64,000 bases of DNA. It comes from Dicyema japonicum. Lineage: Eukaryota > Animalia > Dicyemida. Each line of letters begins with the position of its first letter. The first letter of the stretch is position 1. The notes beneath the pieces were generated by a model. It was not told where the DNA came from, searched no databases, and was given only the letters and a program-made list of their open reading frames with translations. Below, piece after piece: positions 1-12,850 of this stretch. The translations under genes were made by a program, and so were the position numbers. The stretch lies in contig RDEW01000051.1 in the NCBI GenBank assembly GCA_011109175.1, positions 242,685 to 306,684 on the forward strand, given 5' to 3'.

Positions 1-517
1 CTCCTCTATTAAGGAGTCAACCGTCTTGGGCATCCTCAGAATGCAGGCCACGTCCTCAATTTCTCTTTGGTTCAAAAACCTATTCAAATAATAAAATTAT
101 TTTTTAATTTAAAAATAAATAATAAACATTTTAATTATTTAAAAAATTAAATAATAATACTAAAATAAGAAATAAAATAATTTTGCAAAGTTAAATACAT
201 TACGGTACTTACAAGGTTTGGTCCACTTTGAAATCGCTCATGTCTGGCTTGATAGACTCAATGCTCAACTTTAAGGCTGATATTTGAGAGGTCATTTGAG
301 TCCGCTTAGGGTAACTAAGGAAAGGACATTATTGTTGATTTGTTCGATGCTCTGAGAGAACTTTATGAAAGATCCATAGTGAGAGAACGTATTGTTCGAC
401 ATTTCTTCGATTACGCTGTTTATTTCTGATTCAATTTCATTTGGTTTATTTACTAATGGGGTTATTGGTAACATTACATAATTTTGATATATTTTCAGAG
501 ATGTTATCACTAGACAT
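1..517 (-). CDS. COG8: Conserved oligomeric Golgi complex subunit 8 (Dor1 family), 5' part of upstream copy; runs off the left edge
   Basis: ATG at 517; spliced exons MSSDNISENISKL / VNKPNEIESEINSVIEEMSNNTFSHYGSFIKFSQSIEQINNN / RTQMTSQIS / FLNQREIEDVACILRMPKTVDSLIEE; near-identical to 6596-7114; exon 2 is in frame in this copy. Confidence 0.8.
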
Positions 518-1509
518 GTGTGACTCACAAAGATCAATTATTTAAATTAAATTTAATAAATTCAAAGTTATATTTATTATTTATTAAATTAACAGCAGAT
601 ACTAAAATAAACGGTAGATAATAGAGAGATTCCTTCCAATATCACGCATAAGGTCTTTCAGAATTAGCCGAAGAGGGAAAACATCCAGAGGGAGAAACTT
701 CTTCAATACAAAAGAATCTCAACTCTCTATTATTTATAGTAATGTAGGCGGCGGATTCCTCGAAACACAAAATTTGAGCATATCGTTTGATTTTTTCCCT
801 TTCTCCAGTCAATGAATTTATCGAGTTGTCATGAAAATCTTAATTTTTTTCAATTGCTTATCGTGTTGATTCCACTAGAACCATATTTTATAATTGATAT
901 TTTCAAAAAAACTAATATATTTTTTATTTTTTATATTAATAATTTTTCCAATGAAATGTTTTCTGAAAAATTATTTTCGTATTTTGAGCATTCACATCGC
1001 GGCTCTGGGGTCTCGCAGATTTGTACTGTGACATTTTATAAAATAAATTAGGGAAGAAGATATTCTTTTAGAAAAAAATTGAACTATCAAAAGGCTGAAC
1101 TGACAAATAAAAGCAATGAATTTAATATGTGTCCTGAAATACTTGACTATTCTTTAAATTTTGTTGGAGAGGTTAAAGAGACTGGTGAGAATGTTATTCG
1201 GCTCTTCAAGGGTTAAAAAATTATTTTAAAACAGCTTGAATTGTTTAAATGGAATGCAGAGGTTAAATCAAATTTCAAGAAAGGAAATGAGTTTTATAAC
1301 AGAATTGGTTTTTCAAAAATAAATTTTTCTTTATCACTCCTTCTAGCTGCCCAAAATAGGAGATTAGGTGGAGTCTTACTGTAAGTTGTAATTCGATTCA
1401 TTTAATAACTTTTTGATTAGACAAACGACAGAAGATTATGAGAGAGCATCAACTCCGACTAATCCAACTATCAGTTATGGTTGTGGCGCTGGGGAACAAA
1501 CTTAGCCAC
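1..1509. repeat. Segmental duplication, copy 1 (pairs with 6596-8200)
   Basis: Position 1 aligns to 6596; identity continues to CTTAGCCAC (1509 vs 8200) with scattered substitutions and small indels. Confidence 0.95.
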
Positions 1510-1726
1510 CCACGTGTCCAAATGTTCCACATCTCTTTCAGTGCACAAGACACCAGCATGAGTACTCGTGGACTTGTCGATCTATGAGAGCAATCGGAAT
1601 TTACCGCGTCTACTTATCCCCCTGCAAGTTAGTGAAGTCGGGGTAATGACGTCAGGGGGTCAAAAGTTAGAATTACTAAGCCCACGTGATTTAAAGAAAA
1701 CTTGGGAAATATTACACAAAAGTTAG
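956..1726 (+). CDS. Hypothetical multi-exon protein; gene model unresolved
   Basis: Open segments MFSEKLFSYFEHSHRG, GRRYSFRKKLNYQKAELTNK, LELFKWNAEVKSNFKK, MREHQLRLIQLSVMVVALGNKL, VLVDLSIYESNRNLPRLLIP...KKTWEILHKS* separated by short GT-AG stretches; some phases do not join. Confidence 0.35.
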
Positions 1727-3351
1727 TAAATTAAACAACAGAAGTCTTGGGGCTCCTTTTCGCGCTTCGAGCGACTTGGGGACGAAGAAAGACAAAATAA
1801 TCAGACACAAATAAAAAAATGCGATAAATTCGAAGGAAATCAGAGACCCAAAGACCTTCCCAATACTCAAGTCACATTTGAGGGATGCTGCGTATATGCT
1901 CTCAAACATCACGGGAGCAATGGATCTGCAATATTTCCCAATCAAACCTGAAGAGGCACGACAGCGACAATCCGATTCCATTCACGGTCCCCACATCCTT
2001 TACATCCGCAGCGTTGTTGAGAATCAGTCCAATTGGACCGAACATCATGACGTTGTTCGAGTTTATCAGTATATATTCGACGTACATGAACACTGTGCTC
2101 CCATACGAGGATCTGCGTAAAGCACAAATTACACATTTTCGTCAAAATGATGTAACTGAGTGGGATTGAGGCGATCAGGGGAGAGCGAGCATGTTGACAT
2201 ACTTAATACCTTAAGATCAGACAGTTACCAAACCCAGATGATCCCAAATCTGGACATTAACTGAGTGAAGACGAAGATGGTCAGGAATATCCCTGGGATG
2301 GAGCAGAACGTGATGAAATTCCCAATGGCTTTCGCGGAAAAGCCGAGTCCCCCGGATTGAACTTCCGTGGAAAGGTATAGAATCAGCAATTCGTCAACTC
2401 CAATGGAGCATAGCGAAAAGAGCAAGTAGATCCCCAACGAAATGATGACCTTTTTGGATCTATTTCAGTAAACTCAGAAAGTGACCTCATTATGCGTGCA
2501 AAAGCCCTGAGAGTCGACTCTTCGCTGAAGATTTGGCGGGTTCTTTCATTTCAATGCTGGTGGTCAGGCGTATTCTGTTGAAACCTCAAAATACTTTCTT
2601 TGAGGGATTTTTCGAAGACGTAAACAGAGGTTACGTTTATTCCGATGAAGGCGGTCACCACGAGGGAGCACAGGAAGTAGGGGTATCGCATGAAAAACGA
2701 AGTCTTGAACACGTTCGGGTACAATTTGGCTGGATTTTGCAAATATCCTTAATGGGGGTAACAACCACGTGATACCGCCAACCATGGACCCCAAAATGGT
2801 CCCGACATAGACTCCAATCATGTGGAAGAGCATTCCTATGGACTGGTTTTCGTTTGTGCATAAATCGTAGACTATCGCTTTGCTCAACAAAGCGGTCCCT
2901 TCAATCACGGAAAAATAAACCGGAAACGAGACCAATTAACAGCTTCATGCAAATCGTGAAGTACAGATCGATCGTAAGCCCGAAAATGAGCGTGAATAGG
3001 CCACTCATGGTTAGGCAGACCATCAGAACACACGGTATTTGCTCATTTTGTCTGCAAGTCTACCAATTATGACACTAAAGCTTATCCCCAATAGTTTACC
3101 TCCCAAAATTCGTCCCCATAAAATGCCGTTTGGACAAGGCCGGCGTAGTACCCCTTTTCGTACTCCGAATAGCCGAAAACTGGAAAATCACTAAACCCCA
3201 ACTCTAATCATTTCGGGGATAAATGGCTGGGAGAAAAGCGCGAGAAGACTGGTGGTGATCTTATCTAATCAAATCCAGGGTACCATGTTCATAGTAATCA
3301 CGGTGATTGCTGAAATTGACAACTTTGTGGGTCATACTCCAGATTTTTCAT
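1712..3351 (-). CDS. Major facilitator superfamily transporter (ZIFL/MFSD10-like), multi-exon
   Basis: Spliced motifs FFGYSEYEKGYYAGLVQTAFYGGRILG, VIIGRLADK, LSKAIVYDLCTNENQSIGM, FPYFLCSLV, ELLILYLSTEVQSGGLGFSAKAIG; 23-25-nt introns; four 1-nt homopolymer shortfalls must be corrected to keep frame. Confidence 0.85.
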
Positions 3352-3489
3352 GATTCTCAAAATAACTGTCGACGTTGTACAATCTACAACTTAAATAGAC
3401 TTAACCGCAATAATCACTTAAATATCACGTGAACTACGGTGACTCATATCTTTCGTTAACGACATTGATCTACATTTAAGACTCCCATT

Positions 3490-4060
3490 AATGTGACTGT
3501 TTCTATTTTAGTTGAAGAGCCTCCCCCGATGATTGAATCATTAATTCCTTACACTTCACTAAATCCTAATCAATTTAAATCGATACTGGCTATTGATCTT
3601 TGCCCACAATTGCTGAGTGTTGCCTCTTGTGGTAGCGAGGGAGATCAAATGGGAGAGCTTCTGGAGTTTACTTTGGTGAAGCCTTGAATGCCACGTGACC
3701 TCTTTCACGTGACTCTTACTAATTCAGCAGCCTGGTATCTATTTATGACTCCCTTTTGTGCAACTAAATCATTTCCTGTCCACGTGGTCCGTGGGTGATC
3801 TGTTTCTTCCAACTTGTATGAGCGCCAACACTATCAGCTGGACGCTTGAGGGCAGCCAACCCCCTCCAAGGATCCTCGTCTTTATTAGACCATTAGCCGA
3901 AAATACTTCCTATATTTTTGTAGGTCAGCCTTTATTTGGGGATGTGGAAGACCTCGCCAGGACGTCCACCAACTTGTTATTTTTTTGATGTGATCTCTCA
4001 TCATTGCGTCATGCCTGGTAAGAAAAATTCTTGGAAACGGAAAAGGGTTAATTAGTCGAC
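3490..4060 (-). CDS. Hypothetical protein (possible small multi-exon gene)
   Basis: GC-richer island with open stretches DEDPWRGLAALKRP and KSHVKEVTWHSRLHQSKLQKLSHLISLATTRGNTQQLWAKINSQYRFK; no family recognised. Confidence 0.3.
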
Positions 4061-4364
4061 ATTAGAATAGAAAAAAATATGAAGAGACGTTCACATCACA
4101 AAAAAAGTCTACCGTAAATAACATGTTTAACAAACCCCACATGAATGTGAAGACCACCAATCAGATATAAACCATCCGACTGATATTTGAAAGCACGGGT
4201 TTTAGCTGCTACGTTCTGTTGGCCACGTGTTTCCTTCACTTAAACGTATCGATTGAACAGAGTTAAGTGTCACAAGAACAACTCATCGATGCTCTAAAAC
4301 GTTCTGTGGAACTGACACGAGGATTCTAATAAAATCTAATTTAAAATATAAATGAGTAACGTCG

Positions 4365-5290
4365 GTTTCTCTAGACTGAAATAGCTAATGAGAGGGAAGC
4401 GCATTATGGAGATGCTTCAGTATGCTAGTCACGTGGGCACGCATGATTCTGTTCGGTTTTTTTAAAATTGACCAAAACATGGCAGAAAATTTCATCACGG
4501 TGAACAACGTCGCAGCAAGTCCACGTACGGTGCTTCCTGAAATTCTTAATGAGGATCTGAAACTGAAGAAAGCAATGAGCAACAGCGAAGACCCTAGTGA
4601 TCTGAAGAGTCTGACGTTAAACAGAGGAGGGCGGAAGAGAGGAAGAGCAAACTAATCAAAGCGAGGTAAATCAGAATTAAACGTCTCTATGCTAGCTTGC
4701 TTTCACGAAGAAACAAAGACAAAGTTCAGCAGCACCATCCCGCGTCCGTGGTACTCCATTGCACAACCTCTGCAAGCGCCTAATTATTAAGGATCACCAG
4801 GCACGTATAACAAGAATAAATCGTAAAAAATGAAAAATCAGTCAATTCTGATCTTCCGGGCAATCAAACCCGGTAGCAGATGCTTAATATAGACTGCGAG
4901 CCGATGTTTCAGGGGTCCGATGAGAATGTGGGAATCGTTTTGATCACTGATCGCCTTCACAATCTCCCTGGCCACATATTGCCCCACGTTTTGTAGCCAC
5001 TACCAAGCGAACCGTTAAGTAGTTACTCTGTAAGGGAGTAAGTTCAAGTCTGTTAGCTGCAATAGTAGGGCTTTTTCTCAACGTAAAGCTGACCCACGTG
5101 CAGAAGAGACAACATAGAGTTACATATTAACCCCCAAAATTACCAAAAAGAAGTTATTTGATGTATGGAACTGGACTCCTAATCGAGTATCAGCTGCCAA
5201 GAGACAGTCAGCATGGCGATTCCAAGACGCTGAGAGTATTATCTCCGTCAACGGGTTCTCAGAGTCCTGTCGCGACACACTTAATTAGCT
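4365..5290 (+). CDS. Hypothetical multi-exon protein
   Basis: Open stretches with intron-like GTAAAT..CTAG and GTAAGT..TTAG: TEEGGREEEQTNQSE / LAFTKKQRQSS..LHNLCKRLIIKDHQ, VGIVLITDRLHNLPGHILP, GLFLNVKLTHVQKRQHR; family not assignable. Confidence 0.4.
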
Positions 5291-5339
5291 GTCAACCATG
5301 ACATCTCAGAGTACCCCCGTTAGTAAAAAACGTCGTGAT

Positions 5340-7114
5340 CAACGAAAACACATTTCAATATTAAAAGCGTAAATATCGTCAATAATTGACACACTTAGGT
5401 GAGTAAATCCTTCAGAGGTAACAGCGAATCATCAAGGCACGTGTCAAAACATTTCAACTAAAATAACCGGAAAAACGACTCTATCATGTAGACCCCACGT
5501 GTGCTTCAAATTCAAAGTAGAAATAAGATTTCGCACACAAAACAATTCCTCAATGTCAATAATACACTTTGGGACGCAATAACTTCCAAACATCGAAACA
5601 ACAACAGACCTGGCACGTGTCATAACAAAAATACAAATTTTCAGCATTTCTTGACAGATAGCGGGAAATTTCAGCCAAATTAGGAGAAATTGACTCCAAA
5701 ATGTTCAGAATAGCCGACGGAGTCACCAAATTCTTCACCTTCTTCACTAATGCGGCCACTTGTACAAAGTACTCCCGAATAATCTCGTATTTCTGGTCCT
5801 CTATGAGTTCAGAATAGTCACCCACAACATCCTTTAATGAAAAGCAAGAATACAGAATCACTAAGCAAATCCACATTTTCTCCCACGTGGTCAATAAGCC
5901 TGAATAAAGCCAAACAGTACTTTTTAGTCAAATCTCTCATATTCTTGTCAAAAAATAACATGACCAAGCTTTGGTAGTACCCCTTCAGGAAAACGGAGAA
6001 GTTTGCTTTGATCTTCAGCAAGGTGGCACATAGAAAGTTTATGTAGTCCCTCAGAATCGTCAAGTTGTGTATGGATAGGACATCACTGGACGCCTCCAAT
6101 TGGCTCAGCATATTTTTTAACTGAATAAATCATAAATCACCTGATTTCTCGTCCATGGAGCCAATTCGGTAGAGGAATCACCAAAAATGGCAGAGAACTG
6201 AGTCACTGACTCGAACACATGCTCTCTGTAGAGTTCTACAAGGCTGGAAATCTTCTCAAATGAGGATAAATTGTTGTTTATGGACATAATTCTGCAGTTT
6301 ACTCCATTCGTTCTTCCCTACAGGTAAATAGCAAGTAAACCTGCAAAAAGCACTTCCTGAGTTCACCCTCAGTAAATCTCCCGCTTTTTCTAAGGACGGT
6401 GACGACTTTAAGAAGTTCAGAGACTCGACCTGAACCGCTTTTTAGCTGAGCCAGAAGAAGGTCCACCATTCTGTCGTAGCTGGACTCAATCATGTGAAGT
6501 ATTTTCCGGATTATAAATCTTCTTACATTTATTATAGGTATTGGAGAAAGCTTCTTCCAAAGGGTGAGGATTTGGTGGACCTCATCGTAGTTACCCTCCT
6601 CTATTAAGGAGTCAACCGTCTTGGGCATCCTCAGAATGCAGGCCACGTCCTCAATTTCTCTTTGGTTCAAAAACCTATTCAAATAATAAAATTATTTTTT
6701 AATTTAAAAATAAATAATAAACATTTTAATTATTTAAAAAATTAAATAATAATACTAAAAATAAGAAATAAAATAATTTTGCAAAGTTAAATACATTACG
6801 GTACTTACAAGGTTTGGTCCACTTTGAAATCGTTCATGTTTGGCTTGATAGACTCAATGCTCAACTTTAAGGCTGATATTTGAGAGGTCATTTGAGTCCG
6901 CTTAGGGTAACTAAGGAAAGGACATTATTGTTGATTTGTTCGATGCTCTGAGAGAACTTTATGAAAGATCCATAGTGAGAGAACGTATTGTTCGACATTT
7001 CTTCGATTACGCTGTTTTATTTCTGATTCAATTTCATTTGGTTTATTTACTAATGAGGTTATTGGTAACATTACATAATTTTGATATATTTTCAGAGATG
7101 TTATCACTAGACAT
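5340..7114 (-). CDS. COG8: Conserved oligomeric Golgi complex subunit 8 (Dor1 family), full-length copy; +1 T frameshift in exon 2
   Basis: ILRMPKTVDSLIEEGNYDEVHQIL and DLLLAQLKSGSGRVSELLKVVTVLRKSGRFTEGELRKCFLQ match COG8 ([44 protein letters not shown]); 22-25-nt introns plus one 134-nt AT-rich intron (6675-6808); 3' end approximate. Confidence 0.85.
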
Positions 7115-8200
7115 GTGTGACTCACAAAGATCAATTATTTAAATTAAATTTAATAAATTCAAAGTTATATTTATTATTTATTAAATTAACAGCAGATACT
7201 AAAATAAACAAGAGATAATAGAGACCTTCCAATATCACGCATAGTCTTTCAGAATTAGCGGAAGAGGGAGAAAACATCTAGAGGGAGAAACTTCTTCAAT
7301 ACAAAAGAATCTCAACTCTCTATTATTTATAGTAATGTAGGCGGCGGATTCCTCGAAACACAAAATTTGAGCATATCGTTTGATTTTTTCCCTTTCTCTC
7401 AAGTCAATGAATTTATCGAGTTGTCATGAAAATCTTAATTTTTTTCAATTGCTTATCGTGTTGATTCCACTAGAATCATATTTTATAATTAATATTTTCA
7501 AAAAAACTAATATATTTTTTATTTTTTAGTATTAATAATTTTATCCAATGAAATCCGGGATCACTTAATTAGTTGGATTACTCCTTCTTTCTTGGTGTTC
7601 CCTTTTCGGGGTTATTAAATAATAATAATAATAATAATCCAATGAAATGTTTTCTGAAAAATTATTTTTCGTATTTTGAGCATTCACATCGCGGCTCTGG
7701 GGTCTCGCAGATCTGTACTGTGACATTTTATAAAATAAATTAGGGAAGAAGATATTCTTTTAGAAAAAAATTGAACTATCAAAAGGCTGAACTGACAAAT
7801 AAAAGCAATGAATTTAATATGTGTCCTGAAATACTTGACTATTCTTTAAATTTTGTTGGAGAGGTTAAAGAGACTGGTGAGAATGTTATTCGGCTCTTCA
7901 AGGGTTAAAAAATTATTTTAAACAGCTTGAATTGTTTAAATGGAATGCAGAGGTTAAATCAAATTTCAAGAAAGGAAATGAGTTTTATAACAGAATTGGT
8001 TTTTCAAAAATAAATTTTTCTTTATCACTCCTTCTAGCTGCCCAAAATAGGAGATTAGGTGGACACTTACTGTAAGTTGTAATTCGATTCATTTAATAAC
8101 TTTTTGATTAGACAACGACAGAAGATTATGAGAGAGCATCAACTCCGACTGATCCAACTATCAGTTATGGTTGTGGCGCTTGGGGAACAAACTTAGCCAC
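6596..8200. repeat. Segmental duplication, copy 2 (pairs with 1-1509)
   Basis: Direct alignment to 1-1509; carries an extra retro-insertion at 7555-7636. Confidence 0.95.
7555..7636 (+). mobile_element. 82-bp 5'-truncated SINE/LINE tail with (TAA)n end and 12-bp target-site duplication
   Basis: ATCCAATGAAAT at 7543-7554 and 7637-7648; empty site at about 947-957 in copy 1; ends CGGGGTTATTAAAT(AAT)n like other SINE1/LINE tails. Confidence 0.9.
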
Positions 8201-10109
8201 ATCAAACGTCGAGAAGATTAATTTTACTCAGTCCAGAGTAGTAAAGACCATCCATCGACTCTCAGGGGTTATGACAAATTCAAACGAGTTCGAGGGCCGC
8301 GTTAGAAATAATAGTCACTCATGCATTTAACTCCTAAACAAAAAATTATTAAAAATAAAATAATAATTAAATATAATGTTATCCTTGAACTGATGACTTC
8401 CAGCATTATTAAATCTAGCACTTGTAAGATTTAATAGCACTTAAAAGGATAAAATGTCACCGTCACATTAATGCAGCCGGCATATAAATGGACAGCATCA
8501 AAATGTCATTTATATTAATTACGTCCATATAAAATGAATCTTAATTTTTTCTATGTCCCATTTTAAACCTATTTTTAACGGTTTTGATGATTTTTGGAAA
8601 ACTAAGATAGACAACAATACCAACCTAACCTCATTTTTGAAAATTATTGATTAATTATCATATTGTTTATTATATTTATTGGTTTTCCATTTAAAAATAA
8701 TTATTTTTAATTTAAAAAAAAACTAATAAATTTTAATTGTAAACTTTTAAAAATTGAGATATACAACCCTAACCAAACCCTAATTGTCGAAAGCCAATTT
8801 GATACTGTTCCCTATGCGGCCTGGTGTATTTGATTCAGATTTTTTGATTAATACGATCGTTAATAATTTTTTATTACAATTTCTAGTCTTAAGAGCGACT
8901 CCAAATATTATTTATATTTAAACTTAATTATCAAACGACATAATAAAAAAATAAAATGTCAAATATTTATTTTAAAATTTTAGCAAATCTCGAGATATTT
9001 ACATTTTTGATTACATTTTTTCCATATCTTCTAGATTCTAATTATGTACTTTTTGAGAATCACTGTATACATATTGGTTTGTATTTCATAAACAAATTCC
9101 ATCATAATCATAACTAATACTGATCTCCCACGTTTATGATCTCCACGGTTTGACACATTTCTATAATAATCATGTCTAATAATTATTTGATCTCCCACGT
9201 TTATGTTGTCCTCATCATATCGCCATTTTCTTTTTTCTTCATTTTCTCGCCTGATTTTTGAAGATTTTCCAGAATCTTCATTTTCTGTGGTTCATCTTCC
9301 GAACTTTCATTGTTCTCGTAATTTATTTCTTCTGGGTCTGTTGCGTCGAATGCCATTAATGCGTATTATAATGGTCTCAGTTCCCTCATAGCGGCCTCCA
9401 AATATATAGTAGCGGAGAGAAGGAGTCTCGTTGAAGAGTGCCTATGTTTGTTTCAAATTTTCTTGAGTATAGAAGGATTTGGATCATTCTCTGTGTTAGA
9501 AATAATTAATTGTTTATACCAAACATATTAAATTTATTATATTTATTTAATCCTAGAATTTATTATATAATTAAATTTAAATTACAACTTTTTCATTGTT
9601 GTGAATATTCGATATGAGTCAGTATGATTGTCAAAACAACAAGAATATTTCGCTTTTTGATTTAATTAGAACCAATGTAGATAAAGACAAACAGTCGAAA
9701 TTATAAGATAGTGGAAAAACGACGGAATCTTTTCGTTTGGTTTTTTAAACACATTTGTTTAAAACAAAGCGGATATCTTCTCTCATTATGTTGTAGAAAC
9801 TATTCCTCCACATACTACTAAGTCTATCTTGGCCAAATGGTTTTTGTTATGCTCAGACTTCATGAAGCAGGTACAATACCTCAATTATCGTTAATTTCAG
9901 TTCCTTATCTTCAACTGCAAAGAACCGTAATTTTAGGTCATCCTTCAGAAAAATGCTTTACCGTCTTCAAAAACATATTTTTTCGATAGTTCTTTTAATC
10001 GAAATCGTTGTTACCTGTCTAATGAATTATTGTAGGCACGTACGCGATTCCAAGATCATGACAAAGCATGTGCAACACGAAAAGTTAACAATCTAATTAA
10101 CGTCCCCCA

Positions 10110-10840
10110 TCTTTTTCGATCCGTTGCCATGTTCCGTAGCATATCTAGATCGTCCCCATCTTTAAGGAACTTTCCAATCCTCTTGAGATTTTTATCTAGA
10201 ATAACCGGCAGCGGAAACGAGAAATTTTAAGACAAAATACTCCTCCATTGCTATGTTGGCAGGGGTCCCCATATCGTGGCGGAGTATGTGTCCAAAGAGC
10301 CTCCATCTTGAATCAGTAATATCACATAATATTGGCTTAGTTCCTGTTCTCTTGTATAAGATTTCGGACGGCATTTTGAAAAAGCTTAGAGAAGAAAGGA
10401 GTGCTCGGAGATGATTTCTGTGAAAAATTCAACTTTCGAGTCTTGCCCTGCATGCCCATGTACCGGCATTATATAATAAAATTGGCCTCACTATGGCATT
10501 GTATAGTCTCATTCGAGTTTTAGGGTCAAGCCCTTTGTGCAGAAGCCAGGTCCTCTTCATTTTGTTAAAAGCGACATTAGTAAATAATTCCACGGGGTTA
10601 TTAATAATAAATAATTCCACAAGCTATATTATAAATAAATTTTTATCTACGAATGCGACCCGAAGACTTGAATCGAACAAGCTTCTTGGTGGCCATTCAC
10701 CGAGCATTGATGTCAGTGAATCTTCTTTTCCTCGGGATATTTTTGTAAACATGTCCGCCTTCGCTGCAGCCACCAGGTAGGTCTCAACACTTACTTATAC
10801 AAAACCGGACAGGTAAAGTCGCCACTCTTCCCTGGATGTA
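10110..10840 (-). mobile_element. RTE-clade non-LTR retrotransposon, 3' fragment
   Basis: KTRMRLYNAIVRPILLYNAGTW, RWRLFGHILRHDMGTPANIAM, DDLDMLRNMATDRKRW. Confidence 0.85.
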
Positions 10841-11189
10841 ACCTTTATGACCACGGACAGATCACCTTTCTCGGCTTCTGGTCCGCCTCTGTGTCTTCCC
10901 CGCGCGGGATCAACCTTTTGGGCATTGTTTGTTACTTTTCTGTTAGCCACCGGTCTCCTTTTTGAAAGGGACCGGAGCTACAAGTTAGTGAGGTCGGGGT
11001 CACTCAACTAACTAATTGACCAATTAAGCGTTATATGAAAGATGCTTTGCGAGATCCATAATCTGGTTAGCCACATTCTAAGAATGGACCAAACACGCCT
11101 GCAAATGTTGTCAATTGCTCCATGGGCAAATAAGGAAGACTCTTAGACACTATACCAACCAGATAAACTGTTGACATGTGGTGGTTCAA

Positions 11190-11700
11190 ATGACCAAGAG
11201 GAACTCGACTAGACTAGGAAATTCTGCTCCAATAACAGTTTCTTTTCCGCATGGGAAACCAGTCGGTTCACCGCTCTCTTCCCCCAAACTCAGACAGACG
11301 CAATGAAAGTTGTTTTCACGGAGAGAATGGTGTGTTATATGCTTGATTGACATACAAGAGGCTTTTGATTCGGTCTCGAAAAGGATGCTGACAAGATCTG
11401 TGCATCGGATATTCCACATAAACAAAGTTGATCGATAACTTTTCAGGGACAAAAGAGGAAGAATTGTGTCAAGTTCTGATATGTCAATCACTAAATTACA
11501 GCCTACGGTGTCCCACAAGGGTCCCCTTGAACTAATGTTGTTTAAACTATTCTTGAGCGATTTGCCAAGCGTATTCAAAGAAGATGCCTTATTTTTGACT
11601 ACGTCGACGACTTAATTGTAAATCTAAAGATCAGTGTCTCTTTACAGGATCTGCTTGACCGCTTAAGCTGATGGTGAAGAGAATCGATTATGTATTTGCG
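11190..11700 (+). mobile_element. Decayed LINE reverse transcriptase fragment
   Basis: LIDIQEAFDSV and YGVPQGSPL..LFKLFLSDLP motifs, then a degenerate YADD region. Confidence 0.75.
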
Positions 11701-12631
11701 TAATATTTATGACAACGGCGTCAATCGAACCCTCCTCCGATATTCTCCTGTCGGAGTCGTCGATACGAGAAATAGCTGCAGATTTCTCCAATTTTGTCAA
11801 AAGTCAAGAAATCCACTGTATTCTCCTGCGGCACAATCGGAAAATGGTTAGTTTTCCATTAGAGATCTGTCTCCCGTCGATTCCCTGTGACAGCATAAGT
11901 GCAGATATTTCCGGCAAGTGGTGAGGTTTCTCAGTGACCACAGAATGTAAATGGCAAAGGTAATAAGGGGAGCCGGGATTACCTAACTAGTTCACGTTGT
12001 TTCCCAGAGATTATTTTTGGAAGGGTTCTCACGACTGTGGTCTCGGAGGATCTTGTATATGGTTGGAAGGACTTACTCCCAGCAATAGTAATCATGGTAA
12101 CTGGATACTTTCAACAATCTCTCCACAGATATTTTGTGGAAAAATCTGTCCGTCAATTCCTTGTTTTTTATCTTCCTAATATTCTCTACTAAGAACCTTA
12201 GAATGAGCTGAAATTTTAGATTTACTTCACTGAGTTATCAGTGCATTTAACATGCAAGAAGATTCACTTTCTGTATGGCATCTGGAAGGTGGAATCATGT
12301 TTGGCGAAGGCAGAACATGAGAAGAAGCGAACCGTTCTGTCAGGTTTTCATGTGGGTCACCCGCTCGTTGAGAAAATTCCCTGAATTTGTAGCTAACAGA
12401 CTCAAACCTTCTTCCGCACCAAAAAACTGATTGTACAATTTGTAGGTGCATTCAGAAGTGAAGGTGCTCTCTTCACAATAGCAAATTTCACTATGAGTCG
12501 TTTGGTTAAATTTTCTTGGTGGGGGAGGTCACATGTGTGTCATATGTGACTCCTTAAATCTTCTGCTTAATAAATATTGAAATAGGAGTGACAGCAATGT
12601 ACACCGCGCTGTTCCTTTTTTAATTTTCCAA

Positions 12632-12850
12632 TTTTATGGCCCCAGGATCACCGAGTTAAAAAGAAAAGATCCTCAACTAAGTGATAATAGTTCCCATGGT
12701 TAGAATGAGACGCATCTTCTTATTCTACCATTGAGGGAATCCCTAAATAAGGGAAGAGATTGTTGTATGCTGGCCGGGCACTGGATGTTTCCTTGGACAG
12801 GTGTATTACAGGGTTAAAAGGAAAGGGAAGTTCACCATTCAACTGTGTGA
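12632..12850 (-). mobile_element. SINE1 family copy (diverged)
   Basis: Minus strand has ACACCTGTCCAAGG..CCAGTG core, TCTCATTCTAACCATGGGAACT and CTCGGTGATCCTGGGGCCATAA tail. Confidence 0.65.

Noticed and set aside
3322-3336. Possible 15-nt intron GTATGACCCACAAAG in the MFS gene
   Set aside because: Shorter than every well-supported intron here (at least 20 nt); a homopolymer error explains the frame more simply.
3320-3345. In-frame TGA (..KSGV*PTKL..) suggesting UGA recoding, also at about 1559 and 55909
   Set aside because: Adding one C to the C3 run gives MKNLEYDPTKL without a stop; conserved Trp residues in CaMKII, TDH, UBE2K and GATAD1 use TGG; the SLC7 TGA is a plausible true stop.
4365-5290. 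Weak resemblance to BCCIP (VGIVLITDRLHNLP) or TRM6 (AIKPGSRCLI; FLNVKLT)
   Set aside because: The motifs point to different families and the exon frames do not join; left unnamed.
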